DNA of 64,000 nucleotides from Hemiscyllium ocellatum (Eukaryota): NCBI RefSeq assembly GCF_020745735.1, contig NC_083413.1, positions 39,680,001 to 39,744,000 of the forward strand, written 5' to 3'. The stretch's first letter is position 1, and each line of letters opens with the position of its first letter. Shown here piece after piece: positions 1 through 13,325 of this stretch. The notes beneath the pieces were generated by a model. That model saw only the letters and a list, made by a program, of their open reading frames with translations. It was not told the DNA's origin and made no database searches. The translations under genes and the position numbers were made by a program.

Positions 1-831
1 AAATAGTGTTGAATACATTTCAGACACCCCTAAACATAGTCCGATCAAATAAGATCTGAGAAACAAGGAAATGAGGTCCAGTTCTGAAACCAAAGGGTAT
101 GAGAAATTAAGTTCTCAAAATGAGGTATGATCTGTCAGATCTGACCCATATGATTACATTGTGGGATGTGGTTACTATTGGAAAACGTTAATGTATTTGC
201 CAAAATGTGATGTTTTACTTTGCACAGCTGAGACCAGCCAATTACTCTATCTAAGTCTGGCAGAACCTTTGATAATGGTGATCCATCTATTTCTATTTTA
301 TCTGCCAGTCACATTACTGAAATACTGCACAGGAATAACACTGCGGTGTTGCCCGTCCTTTTACAAACCGCAGTTGTGGCTTGGAGGGAGATGCGTGAGG
401 AGAGGGAATCTGATGCTAAAATGGTCAATAGCAGCCACTGTGCGAGTGTTGCAGTGAATAGGGCAGAGAGAGCTGGATCAACGCCTGGTCAGTTTCAAGG
501 TGTCCCGGCTTCCACGGGAAGTTTCTTGTAAACAGGGAGCAAACCGGCACATACAAATCGCAACTTCCATTTCTAAATGTTAAACTCTCCACTTACTGAT
601 TAAAGGAACGATTAAAGTCGACACAAATCGTAAGCCGGTTAGTGCCCTTTTTTAAAAAAAGTCTGTTCTGTGCTTTTCCTTTCTCTTCACTGCACACAGT
701 TATGGTTTTCCCCTCTTTTAGCATCTTATTGTTAGTGTAATGGTGAGATGGGGGTGGGGGGGAATAACACACTGTCAGTTCGTGTTGTAATGGGAAGCCG
801 ACCGCAAAGAAAACTTGAAGCAATTGTACAA

Positions 832-1899
832 TTATCCCATTTCTTGCAAGTCGCCGTCTTCACTGCCATCCGTCGCAGCCACGGGCTCCTGATCACTCGC
901 CCCACTTCCCAGGGATGACTCGCTGCTCGTACTTTCCCCAGATAGTAACCTGGTCACTCTCAGATCAGCTCTCAGTAACTGGACATCGTTCCCTATAGTC
1001 AGCTGGCCCAGATCACTGATCATTTCACAAAGGTCCTGCTGCTCGTTTCTGTCTGAGGCTTCCGCAGTGTCCAGAATGTCCTCATACTCCAGACTCAGCT
1101 CCAGCTCGGCTTTCTCTTCCTGTTGCTCTCCCACCAGGTCCTCGGTGATGGAGCCCAGCTTCGGGGCGCTCCGGCTCCTTTCCACCGGGGGCTTGTAACT
1201 GCACTGACCGTTCATCAGCTTCCTGAGGGGCACCAGGGGGATGGTCTGCTCCCCGATCAGTTTCTGCTGCTGGTGCCTGGCATCGTCCCTCCTCTTGAGC
1301 CTCTTAAACTCGGCCAGGGCGTTACTGGTGGTCTGGTACAGGAGCAGGGCCATCGCCTTCGCCTTCTCGGCTTTGGAGACCAACACGGCGTGGCATCTCA
1401 GCATGACCGCCTTGTGCTTCAGTTCGTGCCGGTAGATCCAGGCGAAGATTCTGGGCGATCTGGGATCCGCCACACAGTAGGTGATCCTGTGTAAAAGGTA
1501 GAGATGGCCGGGTCTCTTTGCTTTGCCGTCCACATGGACCATGCGGATTCCTTGAGAGCTGATGGTCAGCTTCATCTTGGTGCCGTTTTTACCCTGTTCA
1601 CTTTTGGACCAGATTTTGGTCACGGCCACATCGGCACAGCCTTCCCCTTTGGACTGGATAGTGGTGGCATTGCCGAGGTATAAGACTGTGTAGGTGGGAT
1701 CTTCCCCGGTGATGGTGATCTTCCTCCTCCTGGATTTGAACATGCTGCAGACTCGGTTGAGAGCGCTCTCTGGCACCAGGTCCGGGCACGCACGGGTGAA
1801 GGAAGTCAGGCTGCTGTAGTTCAGACTCACCGAGTAACCGAGCTGCTTCGGCTGCCGCTTCTCGACCAAGTCCAATTTGTTTTTCTTCCAAGGTAACAT
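832..1899 (-). CDS. FAM43A: Protein FAM43A (PTB/PID-domain protein), single coding exon, 355 aa
   Basis: Intact ORF starting MLPWKKNK. Contains the FAM43 core (EDPTYTVLYLGNATTIQSKGEGC, HLYLLHRITYCVAD, FAWIYRHELKHKAVMLRCHAVLVSK). Position head-to-head with LSG1 favours FAM43A over FAM43B. Confidence 0.93.
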   Translation of the reverse strand: MLPWKKNKLDLVEKRQPKQLGYSVSLNYSSLTSFTRACPDLVPESALNRVCSMFKSRRRKITITGEDPTYTVLYLGNATTIQSKGEGCADVAVTKIWSKSEQGKNGTKMKLTISSQGIRMVHVDGKAKRPGHLYLLHRITYCVADPRSPRIFAWIYRHELKHKAVMLRCHAVLVSKAEKAKAMALLLYQTTSNALAEFKRLKRRDDARHQQQKLIGEQTIPLVPLRKLMNGQCSYKPPVERSRSAPKLGSITEDLVGEQQEEKAELELSLEYEDILDTAEASDRNEQQDLCEMISDLGQLTIGNDVQLLRADLRVTRLLSGESTSSESSLGSGASDQEPVAATDGSEDGDLQEMG

Positions 1900-2904
1900 C
1901 GCTGGTATCGGGAGATTTGGATTGTTAAAATCTGAGGACGATCGGGCAATTAGCGCCGCCCCCGATCATTGTCCATTATCCGGGCCGGCTTCCCCCTCGG
2001 TGACCGATCACTAGCTGCCTTCAGACCTCTTGCACTTCTCATGTTTCTGACACTGACTCGATGTTAAGTTGATACAGTCCCGGGCTGAGAGATGTAAATA
2101 TAGAGTGGAGTGAACCATCCAGTCACTGGAGCGGGGAGGAGCAACACCGCCTCACATAGAGGAAGTTATCACCATTGATTTATCCCCCAAACAGGGCACA
2201 ATGAATCTAATTTTTTAAACGCACTTTGCGTTTCAATGTGATTAATATGTAATAAGATTCGAGGCATGTTTCAGTTCATGTAAGTACTTGAATGGAGTAC
2301 GACCAAATGGGAGTACAGCGTGTTAATTGTTCACGATAATGTTGTGCTCCTAAACTGGGCGAAAAGGGGAGGAGCACGGATTCCATCACTAGATTGCACA
2401 GTGCTCCCAAGGGGATGGGGAGGATGCCCTCATGGCTTCATGCAGTTTAGGGTTTGAGTTTCACAGAAGCAGAAAGATGGCCTGTTTCAGCCTGTCTCCG
2501 CCCGGAGCAGCAACAATGAAACGCGGCAGCCTGCTTCCTGATCCCGGTTCGAATGAGCTCTGCTGGAAGATGTTAGATCAGGGCTTGGCTGCACTGCCAC
2601 CTGCAGTCAGAAACCTTCCCGACTAACCTCCAGCCCCAGCCCCAGCCCCAAATTAATGATGGGTCCCCTGAAAGGGCTGACTTCAGAGAACCTCAGTGAC
2701 AAGGGGAACCATCATTAGTTAGACTGTTACATCGTCTGCCTTAGGAAGATTTTAGCTTTATTACACTGATTGGGTTTATGAAAAGTTGTAATGAAGGAAT
2801 AGGATATTCTACTTTTAGGTATCACAAAATATTCAAATATTCCACCTCTGGTTTTTAGACTCCAGACAGATAATTGACTTACACCATGCCTGTTATTTAT
2901 TCCA

Positions 2905-4836
2905 GAGGTAAAAACTGCAGATGCTAGAAACCAGATTCTGGAATAGAGTGGTGCTGGAAAAGCACAGTAGTTCAGGCAGCATCCGAGGAGCAGGAAAATC
3001 GATGTTTCAGTCCCGAAACTTCCCACATAGGTTCGAGACGCCACCCATGCCCTCCACTCCTCCAAGGCGTCAGTTTCCTCGGCCCCCAATGCCTCATCTT
3101 CACCATGGATATCCAATCCCTCTACACCTCCATCCGCCATGTCCAGGGCCTCCAAGCCACCCGTTTTTTCCTCTCCCGACGTCCCCAACAGTACCCTCCC
3201 ACCGACACTCTCATTCGTTTGGCCAAATTGGTCCTTACCCTTAACAATTTCTCCTTCGAATCCTCCCACTTCCTCCAGACCAAGGGGTAGCCATGGGCAC
3301 CCATATGGGCCCCAACTATGCCTGTTTCTTTGTTGGCTACGTAGAACAGTCCATCTTCCGTAGTTACACCGACACCACTCCCCATCTCTTCCCCCGCTAC
3401 ATTGATGACTGCATCAGCGCCACCTCATGCTCCTGCGAGGAGATTGAGCAATTCATCAACTTCACCAACACATTCCACTCTGACCTTAAATTTACCTGGA
3501 CCATCTTTGACACCTCCCTCCCCTTCCTGGACCTCTCCATCTCCATTAATGATGACCGACTTGACACTGACATTTTTTACAAACCCACCGACTCCCACAG
3601 ATACCTGGATTACACCTCTTCCCATCCTACCTCCTGCAAAAATGCCATCCCGTATTCCCAATTCCTCCCCCTCCGCTCTATCTGCTCCCAGGAGGACCAG
3701 TTCCACCACAGAACACACTAGATGGCCTCCTTCTTTAGACACCGCAATTTCCCTTCCCACGTGGTTAAAGATGCCCTCCAACGCATCTCATCCACATCCC
3801 ACACCTCTGCTCTCAGACCCCACCCCTCAAACCGTAACAAGGACAGAACCCCCCTGGTGCTCACCTTCCACCCTACCAACCTTTGCATAAACGACATTTC
3901 CGCCACCTCCAAACGGACCCCACCACCAGGGATATATTTCCCTCCCCACCCCTTTCCACCTTCCGCAAAGACTGTTCCCTCGTGACTACCTGGTCAGGTC
4001 CACGCCCCCCTACAACCCACTCTCCCGTCCTGGCACCTTCCCCTGCCACCGCAGGAATTGCAAAACCTGCGCCCACACTTCCTCCCTCACCTCTATCCAA
4101 GGCCCCAAAGGAGCCTTCCACATCCATCAAAGTTTTACCTGCACATCCACCAATATCATTTATTGTATCCGTTGCTCCCGATGCGGTCTCTTCTACATTG
4201 GGGAGACTGGACACCTCCTAGCAGAGCGCTTTAGGGAACATCTCTGGGACACCCGCACCAATCAACCACACCGCTCTGTGGCCCAACATTTCAACTCCCC
4301 CTCCCAGTCTGCCGAGGTCATGGAGGTCCCGGACCTCCTTCACTGCCGCTCCCTCACCACCTGACACCTGGAGGAAAAACACCTCATATTCCGCCTCGGA
4401 ACACTTTAACCCCAGGGCATCAATGTGGACTTCACCAGTTTTCTCATTTCCCCTTCCCCCACCTCACCCCAGTTCCAAACTTCCAGCTCAGCACTGTCCC
4501 CATGACTTGTCCTACCTGCCTATCTTCCTTTCCACCTATCCACTCCACCCTCCTCTCTGACCTATCACCTTCTTTCTACCCCCATTCACCCATTGTACTC
4601 TTTGCTACCTTCCCCCATCCTCCTCCCTGACCTATCACCTTCATCCCCACCCCCACTCACCTATTGTACTCTATGCTACTTTCTCCCCACCACCATCCTC
4701 CTCTCTTTTATCTCTCCACCTTTCAGGCTCCCTGCCTCCATTCCTGATGAAGGACTTTTGCCCGAAACGTCGATTTTCCTGCTCCTTGGATGCTGCCTGA
4801 ACTGCTGTGCTTTTCCAGCACCACTCTAATCCAGAA
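2905..4836 (+). mobile_element. Penelope-like retroelement (Neptune-type), 5'-truncated and decayed, with inverted terminal pseudo-LTRs
   Basis: RT motifs (QTKG.AMGT.MGP.YA, RYIDD at ~3395-3409, FLDL, IFYKPTD). Cys-rich linker FPCHRRNCKTC. GIY-YIG motif IIYCIRCSRCGLFYIGETG at ~4155-4211. Inverted repeat 2935-3008 / 4764-4837. 14-bp TSD tgttatttattcca at 2891-2904 and 4837-4850. Confidence 0.9.
4740..4775 (+). ncRNA. Minimal hammerhead ribozyme motif in the PLE pseudo-LTR
   Basis: CTGATGA (4744-4750), extra A, stem II ggac-tttt-gccc with one mismatch, GAAAC (4764-4768), GTC (4769-4771). Imperfect stem I attc/gatt. Confidence 0.7.
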
Positions 4837-5239
4837 TGTTATTTATTCCATGAAGGTGCATTCAGAGTTGGCAGTTTGGTACTCATCTTTCTCTCATTTA
4901 CCATTGTCTTAGTTTAATTTTCAAATGTATTATTGCATAAAATAATTGATCAAATTCTTTGTGTATATTTGTTGGCAACCAATCAAGTTTTTTGCTGCTG
5001 AACATAATTTAAGATGGAACTATTTCTGTTACAACCCAACAGCGGCAAGATTCTAGACAAAATCTATCTCTCCATTGAATTAATTGGATGGTAAGCTTCA
5101 TTATAATATTGAGCGTCTTACAGAAATACCAGTGTAAAATATTCTTACGCAAAACAATTTGTATTGCAAGACAAAATTAATAGCTGCTCGGCCAAATATG
5201 CAAAAAAAGCCATCCCAAATTTCTTAAGAGCAAATCATA

Positions 5240-6515
5240 TTTAACCAATTTGCTTATATTCTTGAGAAGGTAACAATGAGAGTTCATATGCTGTTGGTAT
5301 GGTGTACATGGAGTTCTAAAAGGCATTCAATAACGTTCCAAATGACAGACCTGTGACCAAAGTTAGAGCTCTTAGAATGAAGGACATGTGACACAGAATT
5401 ATCTGAGTGACAGGAAACAGAAAATAGTGATCTGCTGATGTTTTTCAGTCTGAAGGAAGGCTAATGTTTGGACCTCTGCTTTTCCTGATATGTATTAGTG
5501 ACGTAGGTCTTAGTGAAGTGGGCAGATGGTACCCAAACTTGAAAATATTGTGGACTGTGAGGAGGATTATGCAGAATTTCAAAGAGCTTTGACGACAGAT
5601 TGGTTGAATGGGTAGACAAGCTGGAAAATGAAATTTAATGTAGAGAAGTGTAACATGATTCATTTTGGTTGGAAGAAGATGAAAAGACAACGTAAAATAA
5701 AAGGCTCAATTCTAAATGGGGTGCAGCAGTTGAGGGACCTGGGAGTGTACACGTGCAAGTCACTGAAAGTGGCACAATAGGCTGAGAGAGTGGCTAATAA
5801 ATTAACTGGGTTTTATCAATAGGCCATATAATTCCAAAAAAATCCCACTATAACTCCATTTCAAGGGTTGAAATTTGTCATCAACCCTCAGTAAGAAATA
5901 AGAAACTGGGTGATGGAGGAGAGAAGTCGTGTGAGAGTAGGGGCAAGGGTTGGAACTCCGTGCTGACCATCATTGTCTTGAAGCTTTTGGCTCCAAAATT
6001 TCAGCTCACAACTTCACTGAGGGTCATGACGCCCCCCCCCGCCCCCCCCCCCCCCCCCCCCATACACTTTGAAAAGTGGTGATGGAGATAGATTGGAGAA
6101 GTTGGCACTGTTTTTCTTGGAGAAGGGAAGGCTGAGAGAAAGATCTGATAGAGGTATTTAAAATCACAAGGAGTCTGGACAACATAGATAAAGACAAACT
6201 GCTCTTAGTGGTGGTACGATAGAGAATCAATAACAGATGTAAGGTTATTGGAAAAAGAAGTAATGATGATATGAGGAAAAGCTTTTTTCATGCAGTAAGT
6301 GATTAGGATCTGGAATATGCTGCCTAGGAATGTGATGAGGTCAGATTCATTTGAGGCATTCAAGAGGGAATTAATTTATTATCTGAAACAAAACTATGTG
6401 CAGGGCTACGGAGAGAAGATGCGATGTGGGATTTGGTGAACTGATCCTTCAGGAAGCAGTACAGAGATTGTGGACTGAGTAGCCACCTGGGCTGTAACTC
6501 TCCTATGATTCTAAG
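5240..6515 (+). mobile_element. Decayed CR1 LINE ORF2 fragments, interrupted
   Basis: Degenerate RT motifs (DF.KAF.KV, W.M.FN..KC..HFG, LFSLEK.RLR.DLIEV.KI). CR1 3' tail ctatgattct near 6503. Confidence 0.7.
6029..6061. repeat. Poly-C (poly-G) tract
   Basis: gccccccccc gccccccccc ccccccccccc seen directly. Confidence 0.9.
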
Positions 6516-7749
6516 ATCCTTTTGTTTTGCTTTGGCTTATTACTGAATGCAGCATTTTCTCCTGATTGAAAACATCACATCATACAAAGGTCTGGAGCTG
6601 TCAGATTTAAATCAACAAGAAAGATCAGTGTGTGAAGTCAAATGATTGATCGTTTCAATTTTACATCCATCCTGCAGGAGAAAGGAACATGAGATCAACT
6701 TTTGAGTTTGTCATTATTTCCTGAACACTTGGATGTGGTGAAAGGCCGCCACCTATTGACAATAACAGCACCCACTCAAATGTTTATTTATACTTTGTAA
6801 GCTTATAACCTTCAAACAATGATTGCTCAATGTGTTTAGTCAATATGAAAATGGGTGTGACAAAAGTGCATGTCAAAAGCTGGTGAGTTAAAATAATGTG
6901 CGATTTCTACTCAGCACAATTAGTTGAGTAACTCAAATGACAGTTTGGTGCAGTTTTTTCATTTACTGCTAATATAGTCTTTTTTTAAAGTATCTAAACA
7001 TTCGTCATAATAAGGACAACATTTCAATAGAATACATGACCTGTTAATAGAGGTTACACCAGGAAATGAGCTGTTAAAATCATTACCATATGTTTCAAAT
7101 TCTATTCAACTCATTTTGAATATGAAAATAAACAGCTTGTAATTCACAGAAATGGAATGTCAATGCTTTGACGGGTGAAGTTGCCTTTTTCAGAGAATTT
7201 GCTCCTAAAATACCTAATGTTTTTGCTCACAATTCTACTAATTGCTTGATTATCATAAGCTTCTAATAAAGGTTTCATAATTTACATGTATATAGGGTCT
7301 TCCATGGCTGGAAATCATCCCAAACCACTTCACTTTCAATGAAGTATTTTTAAAGCAGTTTTTTTTAAAATTGGGAAATGTGATAGTTAATGTGCTCACA
7401 GTATGGGCTAATCAGATTTCTGAGACAGGAATATTTTAAAATATCAGCAGGTAATATTTTAGAATTCAAGTCAAAAACTGATTACATGTTGAGAATGGGG
7501 TTTGAGTTCAGTTGGAGGAATGTACTTTGTAGATGTTTACAACATACCTTTATTTAGTTGTGTATTTTCTTATCCTGCTTTAGGTGATGTTGCTTCAAGT
7601 CATTTCCTTATACTGCATTCAATGGATTTTATGGGATTTGTCACAGCAATATGTCTTGCCTTAACCTTCGACCTTTCCTTTCAATCTTTCAGCAAAGTGA
7701 TTTGCCTTGAAAGAAATGATGCTTCAGATACAGTCAAAGTACATCCCTC

Positions 7750-8700
7750 TGAAGGGAAACACAACAATCAAAACCAGAGCTCCATGGATGATGGACACAG
7801 AGAGGCATGCACCATTGAAAGTTCCGTGTTTTGGAATTATTTGGGATGAACTTCATAGGAGCAATTGCTTTTTTTTTCAGACCGGCTTTGTGAAAACACA
7901 TTCCGAAAGGTGGTGGACAATGATCTCTTCTCCACCACAACCATCTTGAGAGCAGGGTGAGAGTGCAGGAAGGATCTGATAGGAGGACTCTGTTCATCGC
8001 CAGCCAAATTTAATTTTGGTACATGTTTGCAAGTACTGGTGATGAAGCTTATGCCATATGACTTTGTCAATCTACAAAGGAAATCATCAGACTGGATACA
8101 GCACTGTTGAATTAACTGGAGCATTGCACAGCATTGTGGCAGGATCCAACAATTGTAACATGGAAAATGTCTCCATCTGCTGCTCAGATCTGATCTTGAT
8201 TTCCAAATGGTGGGCAATTGTGTCCAGTTCAGACCAGCCTTGGGAGTCAAAATGAATTATAGCGGGGTGAAGTGATGTTCTTTAGGAAATAGGCTTGTCA
8301 ATCCTTTGTCTCTTCACTGTTGGGTTCATCCAACTGAAGATACCAAGGCATTGATTTGGAAAGATCAGGCCTGTGAACTGAAAGGAATGGGTAGCCATGT
8401 GAAATAGAAACTGGGCATGATGAAAGGATGGTCCCTCTTCGCTGCAGCTAAGAATCTGCACATCAGCTGTGAGGCAGTCTCGGTGTTGCTTTATGTGGTG
8501 CAAGTCTGGCCTATAATCTGCCCCTGCTCCATAATGCTTACCAGAAACACCTTCTGTGTTGTCTTAAGAACAAAATTAGACTTAGTCTACTGGTCCATGA
8601 TGTCCAAATCTCTAGAGAAAGGGAGAAAATATGTATCTAAGGTTACCTTCATCCTGATGGCTGCTTTGTGTATGGCTGCATCAAGCTCTGTGTGATCCCA
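7750..8700 (+). mobile_element. Highly decayed Tx1/L1-clade LINE ORF2 fragment
   Basis: ORF 8417-8695 (KNLHISCEAVSVLLYVVQVWPI...KGRK...ILMA) resembles the post-RT region of Tx1 ORF2. 5' boundary uncertain. Confidence 0.55.
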
Positions 8701-9960
8701 AGCTATTCAAACACTAATTATCACTATGTGCTGAAATTCTACTCATGCTCAAACTGTTTCATGACTATTAATTTCATTCCTCCTCTTGCAGCATTCTGAG
8801 ATTAAGCAGGTGTCACATTTGACTACAGAATGAGCTTTCCATCTCATACTCTTGACCTGATTTCTTTATGTTTCAGTACAGTCTACTAGTTTAAGTTTGG
8901 AGACCAATAATTACAACTAACGCAACCACATATAAAATCCAACATGTTTATTGAAAATTTTAAAGAAAACAGTTGCAATTAAACCACACAGTCATCCTTC
9001 AGGTGATTAATCAGGTGGAGTGATGTTTGACCAAGTTCTGACTGCTTAATTCACAAGATCATTCTCAATAATACATCTCTTCTGTCTTTCTTGTGTGCTA
9101 CTGTGTGGGTCAGTTTCAGGGACTAACACACAGAATACACAGGTTTTGAAATAGTACAACCACAATTCCCTTCTGGATGTGGATTTGTTAATTGGGTGTA
9201 CGTTCAGCTGTTGGTTGGTTAGCATATTCCCAAGTGGTCGTCCATTGGCTTGGTTTTTCCTGTTTTGCTGTGATTTCTTGTGTGCCTTAAATCAACCTGG
9301 ACTGTTTTCAACCATTTGTGCTGTCATTAACAGTTTTATTCAGCTCTAATTATCTATTCAGTGTCGATGTAATTAGCAGGTATTGTGCCCATCTGGCTTC
9401 CACACAATACTGATATCAGTCCCTTTTCCATATAAATATACCATTTAAATTTAAAATCCAGAAATAAAATGCACAGGCAAAATAAAAGAGTTTACCAGGA
9501 TACATATAATTAAACAAATTTATAAAGGCTGGACTTATGACTTTGTTATACAATACTGCAGAGGAAATAATTTCTCAAGGTGGTGATGATTGTAGAAGCT
9601 AGATGCCACCTCTCATCTCTGATAAGAAATTACAAATCTTCCAGATAAGGTGCAACAAATCACATTATTAGTTATATGTTTCCAATAACAGTCCATAATG
9701 ATATTACATAAACTTTAATTCAGAATATTGTAAGTTGTCAAATTACATAAATCACATGTAATAGAAACTTAAATAATTAGAACATCACACGGTTCAACAA
9801 AACAACTTGCATTTCTTTGAATAAAGTAAGACTAATTTTACTGGAGTGGCTTCTTTTTAACACTGACTAATTGTAGAAAAGCAATGCTAGGAGGAGATTT
9901 GATAAGAAGAATATATAACTGCTAAACAGAAGAACATAAAAAAGGATTAGGAGAAATGAC

Positions 9961-10085
9961 TCTTTGATGAAGAGTCATTTAGACACGAAACGTTAGCTTG
10001 CTCTCTTTCCATAGATGCTGGTTGACCCACTGGTTGAAAGCATTTGTTGTTTTCAATACAAATTTCAGCATCTGCAGTAATTTGT
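9961..10085 (+). mobile_element. Old PLE-derived short element with degenerate hammerhead motif
   Basis: ttgatga-agagtc-attta-gacac-gaaac-gtt, then ctctttccatagatgctg and the cagcatctgcag tail shared with the other PLE pseudo-LTRs. Confidence 0.6.
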
Positions 10086-10389
10086 TCCTAGTATCGATAG
10101 TTGTTTGGTAGCAAAGAACTTAAGTATTACTGAAAGAAGACACATTTTATTAAGGCTTTTGTCTTGCATTCCTCAGGACAATTTGCAAGAATACTAAAGG
10201 AAAGGGAAAACAACATTTATATAGATTATGAGAGGAGATTGCTTATTGGTTGACAAGTGGGCATTAATTGGTAGAGCATTGCATTTAATTGGTAGTTAAT
10301 AATCACTGACAGTTAACTGCCAAGCTTTGTTGAAATTTTAAAGAGTGGACTCTTTATTGGTCAAAGTATTTCCCTCGCAAATGAACCAA

Positions 10390-11005
10390 AAGACAATAGG
10401 TGCAGGAGTAGGCCATTTGGCCCATCGAGCCAGCACCACCATTTTTTTTTCTTTTGTTCTTTCTTTTCTTTTTTGTTTTTTTTAATTAACTGCGGTAGTG
10501 CTTATTTTTTTCCCCAGCACCCATGGTGTGTTTGCAGGTGTGAGACACAGTGAGAGACACAAAGTGCACAAATCTTTATTCAATTTCCACCACCAGGAAG
10601 ATAGGGAAACACCCAGGTGGCCAGTGACAAGCAGTGCCCTTCACATCAAAAAGGGCAATGCTGTGTGATCAAACAGTGAAGGGGAGGGCAGGGATTAAAT
10701 CAAAATAGAGTTGGAGGGGGAAATAATACACTCCACTCCCTGCGGCCCCCACCTCTCCCTGAACAACAGCACCGCCATTCATTATGATCACGGCTGATCA
10801 TCCACAATCAGTATCCTGTTCCTGCCTTATCCCCATAACCCTTGATTCCACTATCTCTAAGAGCTCGATCCATCTCTTTCTTGAAAGTATCCAGAGACTT
10901 GGTCTCCACTGCCTTCTGGGGCAGAGCTTTCCATATATCTATTACTGTTTGGGTAAAGAAGTTTCTCCTCAACTCCGTTCTAAATGGCCTACCCCTTCTT
11001 GGCCA
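10390..11005 (-). mobile_element. CR1 LINE 3' end, split by a Tx1-like insertion
   Basis: aggagtaggccatttggcccatcgagcc...gatcacggctgatcatcc is a CR1 3' UTR in reverse. It resumes after 10767. Confidence 0.7.
10444..10766 (-). mobile_element. 5'-truncated Tx1/L1-clade retrocopy with A-rich tail
   Basis: Minus strand encodes the ORF2 end LFRERWGPQGVECIISPSNSILI*, then a 3' UTR with AATAAA and an A-rich tail. 13-bp TSD cagcacc(a/g)ccatt at 10431-10443 and 10767-10779. Confidence 0.75.
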
Positions 11006-11991
11006 CTCCCCTTACCAGAGAGTGGTTATCACCTTTTTTTTGAGTTGTAATAGCTGCAGTTTATCTACGTATTCTTTTTTTCTGCAAACAACAGTCTTGT
11101 GTATTCATATATTTAGTTTCTAGTACACCTAAGTACACTTATCACACTGTATGCTTGAATGTCAGTGTAATACTTTGCACGCTATGCAAATAATGTCCAA
11201 TTATGAATCCCATTTAATGTGGGACACTGTATTGTGGGTTTTGCAATTGTGAGTTGGATGCATTTTGCACCTTGCTTGTAGAGAACACCCAAAGACATTT
11301 GCTGTTCAATACGATCTGTCAGTTTTTTGTATATATAGAAGACATACCTAGTATCATATCGGCACAGGATTTCATATATTACTATACTACTCTTAATGAT
11401 AAGTAGAACACCTTTTCTGCTTGATAACAGCATCATTTTCCTTGGGAACACTATTCATTTTTCTATGTGGAACTTCTGAATTAGAAGCTTGGGGGTTCAA
11501 GTTTCACTGCAAGTCATGTTGGCCTCAGAGGAAGTGTCCAAGACTTTGTTTAAAAAGGGCTTGCTCATCCTTCCAATATTTCCACACTATTCCCCAAGAG
11601 GAAGAATTATACTGCATATATGAGGATAGTAAGCTGAAAGGTATGTCTGTTGGCCAGACTTTTGCCCCTGAGTGAGGAGTTTGATTGTTCAATCTTGTCC
11701 AGGGATTGAGCATGAAACCTAGACTGAAGTGTAAGGTCTGTGCTGTAAGCTTTCATAACTTATTTGAAAGCCTGCACAACAATGGTGCTCCACTCAGCAA
11801 AGTTTTAATGTTAAGCCATGCCATAAGAGGTGGAGTAATGCCTCAATAATTTGAGAGCTATTGATTGTGATCCTTTTGGGCAGGGATCTCCGATATCCTT
11901 GCAATTACAGGAGCCCCACATGTGTATGTGGTGGCTAGCATCTGCCTGTTCTCAGATACTTGATACTATGTTCAGTGTTTTGTGCGGTTTG

Positions 11992-13325
11992 TTATAAAGT
12001 TTTATAGCACAAAATCAGACCCTTTGATCCAAACCATCCATGCCAATCAGATATCCTAAATTGGTCGCATTTGCCAGCATTTGGCCCATATCCCTCTAAA
12101 CCATTCCTATTCATGTATCCACCCAGATGTCTTTTAAATCTTGTAATTTATCAACCTCCACCATTTCCTCTGGCAGCTCATTCCATACATGCACCACTCT
12201 TTATGTCAAAAAGTTGAACCTTAGGTCCCTTTTAAATCTTTTCCTTCTTACCTTAAACTAATGCTTTGGCTATTCACCCTATCAATGCCCCTCATGATTA
12301 TATAAACCTCTAGTTGGACACCCCTCAGCGTCAGATGCTCCAGGGAAAATAGCTTCAGACTATTCAGTCTCTCCTATAGCTCAAACCCCCCCATCCCCGG
12401 CAACATCCTTGTAAATTTTTTCTGAACCCTTTCAGGATTAACAAAATTCTTTCGTATAACAAGGTGACCAGAATTGAATGCAGTATTCCAAACGTGGTCT
12501 CATCAATGTCCTGTACAGCTGCAACATGACATCCTAACTCCTATACTCAATACACTGACCAATAAAGATAAGTGTACCAAACAGCTTTTTCACTATTCTG
12601 CCTACTTGTGACTTCACTTTCAAGAAACAATGAACCAGTACCCCAAGGTTTCTTTGTTCAGCAACACTCCCCAGTATCCTATCATTGAATATATACATTC
12701 TGCCCTGATTTGTCTTATCAAAATGCAACATCTCACATTTATCCAAATCGAACCCTATCTGCCACTTCTTGGCCCATCTGATCAAGGTCCCGTTGTACCG
12801 ATGATCTTCTTCATTGTCTATTACACCACCAATCTTGGTGTCATCGACAAACGTACTAGCCGTATCCCCTACATTCATATCTAAATCATTTATATAAATG
12901 ACAAAAAGCATTGGACCCAGCAAGATCCTTATGGCAAACCACTTGGTCATGGTCTCCAGTCCGAAAAGCAACCCTCCACCACCCTCTGTCTCCTACCTTT
13001 AAGCCAATTTTGTCTCCAAATGGCTAGCTTTCTCTGGATTCCATATGATCTAATCGTACTCACAAGTCTAACATGTGGAATCTTGTCAAACAGCTTGCTG
13101 AGGTCCACATGTCCACTACTCTGCCTTCATCAGTCTTCTTTGTTACTTCTTCAGAAAACTCAGTCAAATTAGTGACACACAAATTCATGTTGACTATCCT
13201 AATCAATCCTTGCTTTCCAAGTACAAGTAAATCCTGTCCCTCAGAATCCCCTCCAACAACTTACCCACCACTGATATCAAGTTCACTAGTCTATAGCTCC
13301 CTGACGTTTCCATACCATCTTTCTT
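11992..13325 (-). mobile_element. CR1 LINE ORF2 RT 3' fragment
   Basis: ORF 12534-12971 contains LGPMLFVIYINDLD, FVDDTKIGG and KCEMLHF. Confidence 0.88.

Noticed and set aside
1123-1891. ORFs overlapping FAM43A (antisense and alternate frame)
   Set aside because: Shadow ORFs of a GC-rich coding sequence with no recognisable motifs.
2345-2380. Hairpin gtgctcct...aggagcac upstream of FAM43A
   Set aside because: Only an 8-bp stem. No tRNA, snoRNA or miRNA features.
2727-3985. Cluster of overlapping Pro-rich and Gly-rich ORFs
   Set aside because: Alternate frames of the C-rich Penelope-like element, not host genes.
11180-11990. Possible decayed coding or LTR-pol remnant
   Set aside because: No motif could be identified with confidence by eye. 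Needs tBLASTx or RepeatMasker.
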